DNA from: Lepidodermella squamata
Taxonomy: Eukaryota; Animalia; Gastrotricha
NCBI GenBank assembly: GCA_047495785.1
Contig: JBLDXI010000074.1
Location: 1,116,001 to 1,180,000, forward strand
Reading direction: 5' to 3'
DNA: 64,000 bases
Shown: positions 47,554 through 61,346 of the stretch, piece by piece
How positions within the stretch are numbered: position 1 is the first letter of the stretch
Layout: every line of letters begins with the position of its first letter
The notes under the pieces: model-generated
Database searches by the model: none
Told to the model about the DNA's origin: nothing
Seen by the model: the letters and a program-made list of their open reading frames with translations, nothing else
Translations under genes and position numbers: made by a program

Positions 47554-48805
47554 TTATCCAAATTCGATGCAATTGATACCTAGTGAAAAGTATTTTTCAG
47601 GACGTTGTGCTTTGGAGTTGTTCTTCCTCTTCCAACTTACCCGTCTTAAAACCTTCCGTAATCTGGGAAAATTGTCACTGAATCCTGGCCGAACGCAACG
47701 AATCATCGGACTAATAGCCATTTCGATCATGTACAGCAGAACAAAGCATCTATGCATATTTGCCGATAGATAGCGTGATCCTAAGCGATCGTAGAAAATC
47801 ATGAAAACCATGGAGCAGAAAACGGGAATGTGACAAATCGCGAAGGTTAGGTATGAGAGCAGCATTTGTTTGATGAAGAAAATCTCTCGCTCTTGCCACT
47901 TCATTTTTCCGTTTTTGAGGAGAGTCTCGCTTCCATTGCAAGCAGCGAGTTTAAATTTCACGTTTCGAACAATACTAAAAATCATGCTTCAAACGAAAAG
48001 TTAACCATTGAACTTTCGAAGGAATAGTTCCTACCAATAGTTATAGGCTAGCAGAGTGTTTGGAATGATAAGAACTATGACCGTGAAGTAGACTAGCAGC
48101 AGGACTGACGTGTCGTAACCATGAAATAGGTTGAAATCGAATTGGCTACACAGAGGAACAGCCGAGCCGTTATTTAGTCCTGGAACCACGACAAACTCCA
48201 AACTAAAGCTGTTGTAGGGGTAGATACAAAGAGTTCCGAAAATGATAGCGCCCACGATGTAGCACATAGCCGCCAAAATTATTACCTGGAAAAAGACATT
48301 ATTTCCGAAGGCCAACTTCATTAATGCTCACCCTTGCCGTATCAGCTGGAGGGTTGGGGTCGTTAGCCAGCAAACATCGCCTCTGTTCGTAGCTGATCAG
48401 AGTGAAAACCCAGGTACCCTGGCACCCGAAAACGCACAACATCCAAAAATTAGCGGTACAAGCAACAGGGCCGAGCTCCCAGTAACCAGTCGGAGCCACA
48501 GCAATCATGCCCCATGCGTACGTTATCGAGTAGAAAATCGAGCAGATTGACAGCATGCTCATCAATATAAAGAAATCGCGTCTCACATTGCGTTTGCGAT
48601 TTATGGCTATACTTGTGATGTTCGTGATGATCATTATGGCTGTTGTAAGAACGTAGGCAATAGTGAATGGAGCTCTTTCAACGGGAGTTGCTTCATTGAG
48701 ATTGTGGAACCAAGCGACGAAGAATAGTCGGGGTTCGGAATAGCCGCGATGAGGCATGTAAGCCTTAACCCAGCCATCGCTGTAAAATAAACTGTTCTCT
48801 TCCAT
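47554..48805 (-). CDS. Class A (rhodopsin-like) GPCR, paralog 1 (3 coding exons)
   Basis: Seven hydrophobic segments. ECL1 WELGPVAC, TM3 end SYEQR, ECL2 Cys (VPLC), TM5 P..LAYNY, TM6 CHIP, TM7 AISPMI. Confidence 0.85.
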
Positions 48806-49747
48806 TTGATATCCAAAACTGAAAATTTTCAATTATTCAAAAATTGACCTAAATTTGAGAAAACAACGTGGATGGCGAGAATTATAAAACCAACCAACTG
48901 TGAAATTGCAAATTACAACGTGATATGCCAATCAGGGCGTACTAGATTTTTTTCCCTCTTGGACAATATCGATTTTCGCGTCGTTGATTATTGGTCCTCA
49001 AAGGCGGTACGGGATTTAATGGCACGGTAATTCGTGAATCTAGAATATACTCTGCGAATCTCATTCAACAATTCCATTATTGGTTAAGCTCTGCAGTTTT
49101 GTTCGTCTCCCGGTGAATTTATTATTCGCTGTCTACCGGTCGACCAGGTCCATTAAATTTTCGCCAAACCCATATTTTCACTTGCTAATGGTCATTCCAC
49201 AGCGAAGGCTGAGTCAGACAAAACGCAAGCCGAGAACATAAATACACGCAAATACAATTTATGTAATCATCGATGCGTAATCGTAAATCGTAAAAAATGT
49301 ATATCAGCGGGGACATTCGAAATTCGCCCTTTTAAATTAGTCAGAGCTCAATTGATTTTATCAATTAGGCACAATTGTCATCGAATAAAATTCAACTGCA
49401 TTGGAAAAGACCCTCGTTCATCCATGACTGCATAAAAAGGTTTGCTACATAAGTTGAAGATATTCACCTAGTATTTTACATTTTGAGGCTAGGCCTCATT
49501 TTTCCTTTGAGTAAGCATGTATGAAATTCGCAAATCAGAAACTTGAACCTAAAATTCCATCGATTTTCATATAGCTCTTAGACTCCGTTTATTGATTTTA
49601 AACACTTTAGCGTACAGCGATGCGGAAACCATACGAACACATGAAAAATTACATAATTCGGCTAGAATCCTCCTAATTAAACGATTATGTCACTATCATC
49701 CAGTTTGATTGTTTCCTCGTGAAACAATATTGATTATCAATATTGTA

Positions 49748-50466
49748 TCAACCATAAGCCGTGATTGGCCGGCTACCATCATCTCGCCGCAAGACATCGT
49801 CATATTTCAGCAGAGGATTTGGTCCATCTAAAAATACCGGCGGATTTGACGAGGAAACTCGACCAATGCGCTGAGGTATGATTCCATTGCCTCCCGCAAA
49901 CGAATGAAAAGGAAAGACATTCCTGGGACCTTCTTCGCGGCCAACTTCCCTAGTTAGCTCGAAATTGTCTGAAATCATGATAGGAATTTCTTCAGGATGT
50001 GACTCAACTGCTCTATTGTAGCGTGGTTCGATGACGTAGTCTTCGTAGTCAACCAGCTTTGCTAGATTCTTCCGCTTAATGACAGGTCTCGAAGTCATAC
50101 GATTATATGAGGTAATCGTTTTATATGTACGACGAGAAGGTGACAAGTCGTCCTTCGACAGATCAGTTAAATCATTAGTCCCAGATAAGCTGGATTCCTG
50201 AGGTAGAAGAACCTATTTATAGCCATATAAAAAAGAGCAAGATATCTTACATCAACGATTCGACCGTTTCTAATGTCACAAATTCGAGTGTTGCAGCATA
50301 CATAGTTTGCGCTAGGATCTTCGTAGACCTTGAGTTGACAGCAGAGTAGATTAGGATTCGTAGCAACTTTTGGATAACAGAACTCTGTATCATCCCACCG
50401 TGCCCACTGAGCAGCAATAGCTCCGAATTCGACAATTATAAGCATCAAATGCAATAAATGTCTCAT
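49748..50466 (-). CDS. Secreted CysA galaxin-like protein with long C-terminal tail (2 exons)
   Basis: MRHLLHLMLIIVEFGAIAA signal; WDDTEFCYPKVATNPNLLCCQLKVYEDPSANYVCCNTRIC. The intron follows IVD, the same position as in 42662-43331. Confidence 0.75.
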
Positions 50467-50696
50467 GATGATGCGAAATAAAAAATGTTCATTTCCGTAC
50501 CACAACACTCCTTTTCATGCGAAATTATGCAATGTTTCTCACATATTTACGCAATGTAAAAGTACTGAATGATAAGTTCAAAACAATCGCACTCAAACGG
50601 ACGAAAATAAACGAAGACATCAAGCTCATTTCGAATTTCTCATGCTGCAAAGACATTTTCTTAGGGAAAGGGCAACTGTTTTTATATATTCAGTTT

Positions 50697-51923
50697 TCAG
50701 CCAAACACAGCCGCGACGCGTTTTGAGGTTAGTTGTTTGAAAAATCTAGCGAATGCCTGCATATCTTCGGTGAAACCCGGTTTGAGACAACGAATCATAG
50801 GGCTAATAGCCATTTCAATCATGTACAGCAGGACGAAGGATCTGTGCATGTTTGACGACAGGTATTGGGGGCCGATGTCGTAGTAAAGAATCATGAAAAT
50901 CATTGAGAAAAAGACGGGAACGTGGCACACTGAGAACGTGAAATAAGTTAGGAGGGTTTGTTTCACGAAAAAAAGTTCACGCTCGCGCCATCTAGCTTGA
51001 ATTGCTTGCTTGGTGTTGACACTTTTCAGGGTCATCGTTGTTCCTTCCAAAGTTGATGCTGCCAAATTCGCTCTCGCGGCTTTTATAACTCCGAAAATGC
51101 TCCTGTAAGCAGGAAATTAAATATATTCAGAGAACTAGTATAGAAAGCAACAAACCAGTAGTTGTAAGCCAGAAAAGTGTTAGGAATGACAAGAACTATC
51201 ACAGCGAAATAGAGCAGCAGTAACAGGGAAGTGTCATACTTTCCAGCTAGGCGTATGTCGAACTGGCTGCACAATGGGATAGCCGATCCATTGTTTAGCC
51301 CGGGAACGACGACGTACTCCAAGCTGAAGCTATTAAACGGGTAGACATTTAGGGTTCCGAACACGACAGCCCCTAAAATGTAGCACAAGGCCGAAAGAAT
51401 TAAGACCTTAACAAAGAGAAACGTGTTTAAGGTTAAATTAACTCATTTAGCGACAGACCTTAGCGGTGTTCGAAGATGGATTCGGGTTATTGGCCAACAA
51501 ACACCGCCTCTGTTCGTAGCTGATCATAGTGAACACCCAGGTACCCTGGCACCCGAAAACGCACAACATCCAAAAATTAGCGGTGCAAGCGATTGGCCCC
51601 AGTTCCCAGTAACCGGTAGGAGCAACAGCAATCATGCCCCAAGCGTACGTGATCGAGTAGAAAATCGAGCTGATTGACAAAAGGCTCATCAATATGAAGA
51701 AATCGCGTCTCACATTGCGCTTTCGACTTATGACTATACTTGTGATGTTCGTGATGATCATTATGGCTGTTGTTAGAACGTAGGCAATAGTGAATGGAGC
51801 TCTTTCTGAGGCAGATCTCTCGTTGAGGTTGTGGAACCAGGCAATAAAGAAAAGTCGAGGTTCGGAATAGCCGCGATGAGGCATGTAAGCCTTAACCCAG
51901 CCATCGCTGTAGAAGTTTTCCAT
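50697..51923 (-). CDS. Class A GPCR, paralog 2
   Basis: Same motifs and intron positions as paralog 1. Confidence 0.85.
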
Positions 51924-52679
51924 CTTGAGGATATGAAAGAAATAATATAAAAGGTAATGAAGGATGATAATCGCGAGTAATGCGAAACTCGAAAAAACGA
52001 ACACCTGAAACAATGTCTTGTCTGCTTGAACGTCAGTGATGAATATTTGGCCAGTTTGTCTGTCAACGGGAAGTAATTATTCATAGGTGGAATTCAATAC
52101 GATGGACACGTCACTTGTTTCAAGTCTTTGTCTGAGAGGTATAAAAGCCTTTTAGAATAACTCTTCCAACATATCATCCGACACCAACAGGACATTTCCG
52201 CGTTTTTTAAAAACTTGCACTATGACATTTCAAATCACCCAAGTAATTTCCACTTATTAGTGCTAAGCTTGTCTGGCGCGCACAATCTGTTTTCGTTGTT
52301 TTATTGTTATTTTAGTTTAAAAAGCGTCTAATGTCTGGTTATCAGGAAGTGATCCTCAGACTTTAGCGCATCCAACATGAGCAACGTATAAGAAGTGCTT
52401 CAAATATTTGTACTTAGGTTAGACAATTGTGACCATTAAATCGTTCAATTGAACTTTCTTATTTCTTTTACTTTGTATAAATAGAGTACTTGGCCCGCTG
52501 ATTCACGAACGAACGAAATAAGGACCGAAAGCAGATGCCACGTCCTATTTATTCTTCCTATCTCATTTAGGAAAATAACCGAATACATCCTAGTTCTTGA
52601 AATCTTATTTGTTTTCAGATGGCTGGAAAATTATCACGCGATTCAACGTTCCCATCCTAATAACAGTCTAGACAACTTA

Positions 52680-53081
52680 CCGTACTGCCCGAAAAAAATG
52701 TCAGCCTCGAATAAATGGCAGCCTCAAATGAATGTCAGAGGTTAGAGGTCGTTCGAAATAATATATATGTCAGGCCCGAAATAAATGTCAGGTCAATGGC
52801 GGGGACAATACTGAAGATCACTAATGAGGTCATTATAGCCATTTTGAATGGAGATAATTTCTACTCTTGGCACTTAAAAAGGTCGGGGACCAATTTTTGG
52901 GTCGGTAGCATAGGTAGAATCTCTGGGAAATGTAAGCCATTTTGGTTACCTAGGCAAGTTACTTGTTGGTTAACTATGACAGGCCCGAAATAACTGTCAG
53001 TCCCTTTCAAATGTCAGCGGTTCATCAACGTTTGAAAAAAACAAAAAACTAATGTCATGGTTTTTATTCCGGGCAGTACGG
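52680..53081. mobile_element. Tc1/mariner-pogo-type MITE
   Basis: TA|CCGTACTGCCCG ... CGGGCAGTACGG|TA, with internal GCCCGAAA and AATGTCAG repeats. Confidence 0.75.
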
Positions 53082-54432
53082 TACTTTCCCTAGTCAGCCC
53101 GAGTTCATTCCTTGTCGCAAACGATTGTTCATTAGGTTCAAACTGGGTTCACAAAACGTTATTTCAGATGTTGCCAATGAATACACTCAGCATAATTCAA
53201 ATAATCAATTCTGACCCAGTTCGAGCAGGACTTCGCTATTCAGGCTAATAAAAGACATTTAAGTGAAGCCTTTGGTGCGTGATGTTCAAATGGCAGTTTT
53301 CCATACTGCTTTGCATCCTCTCTAGCGCAGGTAGCGCAGTCAGATAATTTAGTAATTTTAGCGGTGAATGGCGAGAGTTTTTTTTTAATCTTCCATACAG
53401 ATTGCTGTTGATGAGGCCCCAATCTCCTGCCAGGTTGCGAGATTCAAGTTAATTTCGTGTTCATGCCACGGGAACTCATAAAATTTCTATCCATGAAAGG
53501 AGGCCGGAATCTTGGACCTGTCCTAAGCGGAACTTGTTGTTACTATTCCGAATTCATCAGCTTTACATGGTCCGATTCGCAACATGGGTGCTGACACCGG
53601 CTAAACAGCCATTCGCAGTCGGTACCGGAATCTGTACCACAGAGTAACGCCTCTGGAAAACAATATCGTACCCTAACTTATCCTGGCTAAGCAGATCGCT
53701 GGCTGGAAACAAATCGGTATTATCTGCTCCCCTGAGGATACGTCGGAATTTCTAATTTCAAAGTACCTTATCCAGGTGATGGTCGCGAACTCCATTTCGG
53801 TAGTTTGGCTAGCTTCATTCCTAATCTTTGAAGATACCGATATTTGAAAGTAAGTCAGGCAAGGATTGTATTTCTAATTTTCCACGATTCGAGCCAGCTG
53901 TTGCGATTATGTGTTTGGTCTGTAAGGAAGGAATTCCCGTGCCCGAATTTCGAATTTTACTTCATCGCATTTTCGGACATCTACGTCTATGTTCTGAACC
54001 ATCGCATTTCACTGCCTGGAAAATGCAGCGTCGATAAATGGTAATCAGAATGTATATTACAACAAGCCATCGATAGGAGAATCTTTTTGCTCGTTACGAC
54101 CGCGGTGCGACCTGCAAACTAATGAATTGGGTGAAAACCATTCTTCGGCCAAATCGCAGCAGAGGTCTTTTGAGATCAATAGAGCAGAGTAAAAGCCGCT
54201 TGACGATTGAGTTGTTGACGTGCGAAAAACTCGCGGTTAATCATTTTGGCACACATAGATGTACTACAGCGTCAAGAACTGTCTTTTTTATTTCTCTATA
54301 ACGAAACAGTCGCTATGGGGACAATTCAGCGCCGGGGTTTGAACCAATTATCATGCTTATTTAAATGAGTTCGTTTATTTCACTCAATGACTCATTCCGC
54401 TGCTTGACCTATTTCTAGCCGTTTTTCTTCAA

Positions 54433-55794
54433 ATGGCGGTTCTTTGCCGATGTAGGTTAACCTTGCTCAATTTGAAATTTATCAGCTCACTGCTGATATT
54501 GCTCTGTACCGCCGTGCTAGTTTCACATGATGCAATGTTGAAACTTTTACCGATGGGAAATCGCCGAAATTGTCAGGTACTGCAATGACTTGTAAAGCCG
54601 GGACTGTATTTTTCAACTTTGACACAGAGTGACTCGAAAATAGCGGCGGAAAGTCATCAGAGAAGAATACGAGTTCAGCAATTTTGCGATTCGATCGCAA
54701 AAAGATCACCTAATGCGCCTCATAAAAACCTCGATTGGGATTACTTTCAAAAATTTCGCCTCCGCGAAGAAAAGTTTGATTGATTCCTTTTCGCTTTTCT
54801 CTATCGAAGTTCCTTCTCAGTTCTAGTGATTCCACTTTTGCGGCTTGGTGGTCAAACCTTCTAGTCAACGAGAAGTACAAATTAGTCTATTGCGCGTGAG
54901 TAACGGAATTGCATTAACAAGTAATATCTTTGTGCTGACAACTTCTACCAGGACGCCGAAAAATGGCAATACAAACGTTCGTCATTACATTCTGCACTTA
55001 AGCCAGCACCCAGATATCGAAACTTACGAGTACAACCGAACTGAGATGATGAAAATTCACACGAATATTTCCAGATCGCCGCATTTACGGCCTTTATACG
55101 AATTCCCGCCCGACGTTGCCAAGGAAATACTAGCAAGTTATACGAAATTCGCGTTCATTCGCGAACCTGTCGATCGCTTGATATCTGCTTGGCGCGAAAA
55201 ATTGTCGACAGTTCAATCGGATGGATTAAATGCTGATATATACAGGGTATATATAACTCTTCAAATGCCAGCAAATTCCTTCTTTTCGCAGAAAAAAATG
55301 CTGGTAAAAAGTGTTTGCTGCGAAAAGAATTTGCTGACGAATTTTTAAGTTCACCTTTTGTAATACGTTTTCAATAGGAAGTCGGCAAAATTATAATTGA
55401 ACGATTTCGTCGTAATGCATCGGAGGAGGAAGTTAGCTCCGGTTTGCCCGTCAAATTCGACGAATTTTTGCAGTTTCTTCTCTCTCAGAAATTTTATATG
55501 ACTCGAGAGCTCGATATTCATTGGCGATCGCAGTTACATATCTGCCATTTCTGCGCTATTGATTACGACTTTATCGGGTCGTTTGAAAGCCTCGGCTGTG
55601 AACTTGAAAACTTTGCCCGGCATGTTACTGGCCGCGAAAAAGTCCCGCGCCTGCCCGGACCGAGCCGCAAGCAGACACGGAGTAATGTGTCCTTTTTTTC
55701 GACTGCTACCAATGACGTTAATTTATTGAAGCGAGCGATTGATCTATTATACTCATATGATTATCTGATGCTTCCTTATAAACGGCCTATCTGA
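54433..55794 (+). CDS. Golgi type II carbohydrate sulfotransferase (CHST8-14 / Sulfotransfer_2 family), 6 coding exons
   Basis: N-terminal hydrophobic anchor, stem RRIRVQQFC, 5'-PSB motif YCATPKNGNT, 3'-PB motif FIREPVDRLISAW, HWRSQ..IC..C.IDYDFIGSFESL. Confidence 0.85.
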
Positions 55795-56367
55795 TCATCA
55801 TTAATGTGTTATAATGTTATATCCATCATTAGAATTCAAGTCGTGCAATTTATTTCAAGAGATTTCACTGATTTCGTGGCATTATCAACCTCGTGTCAAA
55901 ACTGAAGTTTAAAGATAATTGCTTTCCTTATATCGGTTATATCGGTTCAATTAGCCCGGTTTAGCGCAATAGTTTGGCCTAAACCACACCATCCCCATAT
56001 CAATACGAATAACTGGATAAAGCATAAATAGCAGGGGAATTTCTTAAGTAAATAAACAAAAATGCCTAAGAATATTCGACTTTGCTTTTCGACGAGCTTT
56101 CCGACGAGCGCGGATACAAGTCTGGTATGACGCACTCTAGACCTAAATGCCAACGTGAATAGGCAATTGAATAGAGCATTTGCTATTAGCCACAGACCAT
56201 TTATTGAAATAAGTAAAGATATCCACAATCCACGCGCACTGCAAAAGGTATGCATCGTTCACTAATATTCACATCCCCGGGGATACAGTGAAGAAATCAA
56301 TGATCAATCAAAAACCCATTCAGAGTATAAGGTGATTATTAACAACATCGGCAAACTGCTCGTCGAT

Positions 56368-56649
56368 TCAAGATTCGAGTAAGTTTTTCACTTGAAATGT
56401 GCCGAGAAGAACCCTCTTCACTTTCTCCCTCCTATACGGTAATAGATTTCTCGGTGTTTCCCTTCCAATGGATAAGCGAAGCGGGCTGATTCTGCGTGGT
56501 AGTCCTGCTCACGATAAATCGCCGCTAGATTGTCGTCCGCCGATGTTGCCCATATAGCAGCGAATGCCTATTAAAAACAGTCAGCAACTAAAAAAGCTGA
56601 ACCAGCGTAAACTTACTGCGACAAAAAGAGCGATTAGCAACTTGTTCAT
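56368..56649 (-). CDS. Small secreted peptide, unknown function (not in ORF track)
   Basis: MNKLLIALFVA|AFAAIWATSA signal joined across a GTAAGT..TTAATAG intron; mature part DDNLAAIYREQDY... Confidence 0.5.
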
Positions 56650-57792
56650 GTCGACAAAGTTTGAAGCTGACAGAAAAGATTAAGAAATTCTGCCGCAGCA
56701 GCGTCTTGTTTTATGGCAGGCATCTGTTCTCACACGGAATTCTGACTAATCGCCATGGCTAATCTACAATAAAGAGATAGCATTAGGATGGGTTTGACAA
56801 TATTTTCGCATAAAATATATTTTCAAATTTCTTTATTCGACAAATATTTACAATGTGAGCTGGCACCGTGACAAAAGTAGCAGCATTTCGTCTGGACAAT
56901 TTAGCCAGCTTAGTGCACATTATTTCGCCAAAAAATAAATTAGATACCTTGGAATATATTTTTTGAATCAGCGAAACGCAGCGAAAACAGAGTGTCTAAA
57001 AGGCGTAGCTATACCTTCGGCATACATGCTCGTATAGAACATCTTTTTCGACAGAGCTGGAAATTCCCCAAAACGTTAGTTTTACCGAATCTCGGTGTTA
57101 ATAGAAGCAGGCATTGTGGCAGTATTGTATTGTCTGTTTTATAATGATTAATGGTCCGCCGAAGTCGCCTACAACGGTTCTGTAATATATTCTCCGAAGT
57201 CTTCCATGTCAATGGAATGAAAAGTTCGTGTGACGTAGATAGGGCGCCGCACTAAGAGGTTTTCGGACACGAAAAACTGAAGTCAGTCTAATAAGGGGCA
57301 AAGTTCATCGTTTCAAAATTTAATGAGATGAGTCATGCCACTATTTTTCACCCCAATATTTCTTGTGCTATTTCTGACTTTAATAAAATTTTGAGCAGAT
57401 GCAGCCATCTCATCATCGGATTTCTTCTTCAAAGATGCATGATGCATCTCATCTTGATAGCCTTCGCAAATTTTTATTTTTTTTTTGGCTGAAATTATTT
57501 TCCTTGAAGAATTCCGAACAAGTCCGAACAAATTGGCATAAAAAGCCGAACAAGTCAGTGCAATTCGATTTCACCCCTTTGTTCGGCTGACATTTTCAAC
57601 CCCTGTGTTCGGCGTTCTGCAGCGCAAATGCCGGTCTGGGAACTGGCAAATGTGTTTTATTCGTTGAAAGTGAACGTTCAACAACATAAGTATACCTATG
57701 ACTGAGGATTACGAAATTCAAAAGTTAACATCCACTTTTGAAAAGCTTCAGGGGGTCGCTTCTGTGGTCGCTTTTCTCATTGCAGCGATGAG

Positions 57793-59020
57793 TCAATCGA
57801 CTGATACACCAATTTTATTCGCAACCGATCGCTTCACGCATCGTCCGAATTCAGCGAAATCTTCCGTAAAACCTGGCCTGAAGCAGCGAATTATCGGGCT
57901 GATAGCCATTTCAACCATGTAAATCAACACGAAGCCCTTATGCATGTCTGCTGACAAATAGCGCGGGCCAAAATCGTCATAGAGTATGATAGATATCATG
58001 GAGAAGAACATTGGGCAATGGCTAATGGAAAATGTGGCAAAGGTGAGCAGCGTTTGTTTAACGAAAAACATTTCTCGATCTTGCCATCTCGCAAGAATTA
58101 CGCTGCTTTTGCTGTCGATTTTACCTGTGCTTGGAGTGGTAGATCCAGCAACATGCCTGTTCTTTGCAGCTCGGATAAAACTGAAAATTTTCCTGAAAAA
58201 TAGTATCAAAATCGTAAGAAATCCAGATTACGAAAACAATAGTACTAACCAATAATTGTAGCACAGACATGTGTTTGGAATCATGAGAACGATGACCATG
58301 AAGTATAGCATTAGTAGCAGGGCCGTGTCATACTTTCCGAACAATCTGTGATCAAATTGACCGCACAGAGGAACAGCCGACCCGTTGTTCAAGCCGGGAA
58401 TAACTACGTATTCCAGGCTGAAGCTATTGTAAGGATACAGGCAAATCGTCATCAACACTAATGCTCCGCAGATTTCACACGCAGCAGCGTAAGCAAGAAC
58501 CTTCAAAAACGATGCATAAGATGATTTCAGATTTGTGTGTATCGCTTACTTTGGCCGTGTTAGCCGGTGCATTTGGGTTGTTCGAAGCTAAACAGCGTCT
58601 CTGCTCATAGCTAATCAGCGTGAAAATCCAAGTTCCCATGCTGCCAAAGCAGGATATTATCCAAAAGCTCGCCGTGCAAGCCGCTGATCCAAATTCCCAG
58701 AAGCCAGTTCGCACTACGGCGAGCATACTGAGCGCATAAGTGACTGAATAAATGATTGAGCCAAACGACATCAGACATATGAGAATGAAAAAGTCGCGGC
58801 GAACGCGGCGTTTGTGGTACAAGGCTATGTTGACCAGGTTCGATATAGTCAAAATGACTGTGGTTAGGACGAAAGCGATGGTAAACGGCACCCGCTCTGC
58901 TGTGGTCCGCTGGTCGAGATTGTGAAACCAGGCGATGAAAAATGGCCGTGGTTCAGTGTAGCCGCGATGAGGCATATACGCGAGAACCCATGCATTTTGT
59001 ATAGTAGATGAATTCAGCAT
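57793..59020 (-). CDS. Class A GPCR, paralog 3 (most diverged)
   Basis: Same motifs (AYMPHRGY, SYEQRRC, PGLNNGSAVPLC, EMAISP) and intron positions. Confidence 0.85.
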
Positions 59021-61346
59021 ATCTGAGAGATTGCTATAAATATCTGTTCAACTAAAATTGAAATTTCAGTTCTAAGGCAAAATTTAGGTAATTTAAGAGT
59101 TGCTATCAGTTAGGCATATGTCGTAACGTTTTGAGCGATCCTCCCTAAAGGCAATTGGGATAACCCATGAGGCAATATGCCCAAGATAGAGATATAAGAT
59201 ATCGCTGAGGACAATAATTGACAGTATCTAGAAACTCCGAATATTTTCTCCTGTAGCCTAAAAAGGTTGCTCACTGATTAAATTCCTAACTCAATGGGTT
59301 GATAGAGATATAATGAAGCTTTCCCGAAGTTCAGGCGCCAAAAACCGACAAACAGATCATAGTTGGCAGCTGAAGCTTTTGCTGAACCTTCTAGGTTCAA
59401 GATAATGATCTTAGTTCCGACTGATTAATTTCGTCATCTGAAGCAATTGATCAGTCTTAAAAGTAAACTCAACCCCCTAGTTCACATAAATCGGATTTCA
59501 TGGAGTTGAAAGAGTCTCTAGGATCAACTTCTGTGGAAAAAAGGAATCCGAAATGTCAAGCTAGGTGAACCGCATACTAGAACTGAGGAACCGGAATTGA
59601 GACTGCTAGGGTTGACATCCTTTAAGAAAATATAAATTTGAGTATTATTTGAAATTTCCAGCCATTAATGCCGCAAAATGATAATAAGTAGAGAATAAAT
59701 TGAAAATACCACGATTATCGGTCATCGATGTATCGTTTTGGGAAATAATTATTTTGGGAATTATTAATTTGCTTAAAAAGTGGATTTTTAGAGCAATTTC
59801 TCTTTAGGGTAGCCCAATTGCCAATTGGGGCGGATTGCTCATAACGGTATGACACATACACCTCATGAATAACTTGCTGATCATGAGAAAGAGTTGGAGA
59901 ACAATTATTTATTTATTAGATTTCATGTAGATTTCGAGGATTAACATTGAACAAAAGTGACAAATACTGTCTTTCATAACTACATGCTGTACTAATTTTC
60001 ATCACTGTTTTCACTTAACACTGACAGTGAAGTCACTGTTTAATTAGACATTCAGACTTTTAAATTGGGATAAGACGCGTAGAAGCGTAATTGCCTCAAT
60101 TTCCACGCGTTTCGTGCTACGTTGGCGTTGATGAGGAATTTGAACTGGGATAGCGCATCTTACCTCGCGCTCTCGATGTTTTCTTTTTTCTTTCCACGTT
60201 CGACAATTTTTCAAGCTATAACAGCCAATTAACATCGATTCTCCAAGTTCTCCGATAGTATCAGCTCATATGCATTCCTACGCACCCGTGAACAGATTGA
60301 ATGAACAAGACTATGCTTTCTTACGCCAAGTCAGCCTGTCCACATCTAGGCAATACTGCTTCAACGCTTCAAATACTGCCCGTACGAAAGGTTAATGCTA
60401 AAAATCGAATGTATTTAAACGAATCCCGCATGAGTGAACACGGGCGAGCACAAATGCGTCAAGTGAAGCGGAGAGAACAATACTAGGTAGGCCAGTGTAT
60501 TGTTGTGCGCTCTTCCAACCGCCTGGCTCGGGCACCCGAACGCAAAGAGCTATGATCACGCGGTTACGATGTCCAGGCTATGGCCGAATTCAGGAGATCC
60601 ACACTAGTACGGCCCGAGTGCGGCGCTAGCGAGTGCTCAATAATAGCAGTGGTTCCTATTGTTCTTCGGCACGCTCGGGCCACCACTTCGCCTTACCCGA
60701 GTGCAGTGAAGCGAGATTTTGGTTCAAGTTTGTTAAATTTGCAGAAAACGTCGCATGCGTGCACGTTTTGGAGAAGCACGAGCGCGGCGTGGTAAAGCGC
60801 CGTTTCCCGACCCGTACGGACCAAAATCGAGCTTTGGACCCAACAACAATGTTAAGAAAAACGTATTTATTTCATGAAAAATATGTTTCCTAAATAACGC
60901 ATTTTATAATTTTTGAATATTCAGAATTTGTCGGGATCCCGTATAGCGCCGCGGTTCATGGCCGCTCAGCTCAATCTGTTCACAGTAAATGAACATGCAA
61001 GAACCATTGGATCATCATCATCATCATCGACCACTCGCTCCATTGCTAATTAAATTCAAAACCTACATTGCCACGTAAATTTGGCTTCAATTTGGCTTCA
61101 ATTTGTAGCTAAGCGGTCAGAGGTGACAGTCAAGTGTTATATCAGTTATTAAGGCGTCAAAAAAGCGTGAGCAGTCATGTCGAGTAAACACGCGCACGAA
61201 GCATGCCAGTTAAATAATTACAACAAAAAACGTGTTTTGCATTGACGGCTACGACAAGTGTAAAGCGATTACCCGACTAGTGAGATATTAACTCTAGCAC
61301 TAGTCATTTACCAACTGCTCCTTTTTTACTGCACAGGATAATAAAG

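Noticed and set aside
57340-57606. hAT-like MITE end (..TTCAACCCCTG, CCGAACAA repeats)
   Set aside because: No matching opposite terminus or TSD found.
60480-60850. Possible Helitron-like repeat or small gene (CTAG end, CCCGAGTGC repeats)
   Set aside because: No convincing terminal hairpin, second copy or spliced ORF.
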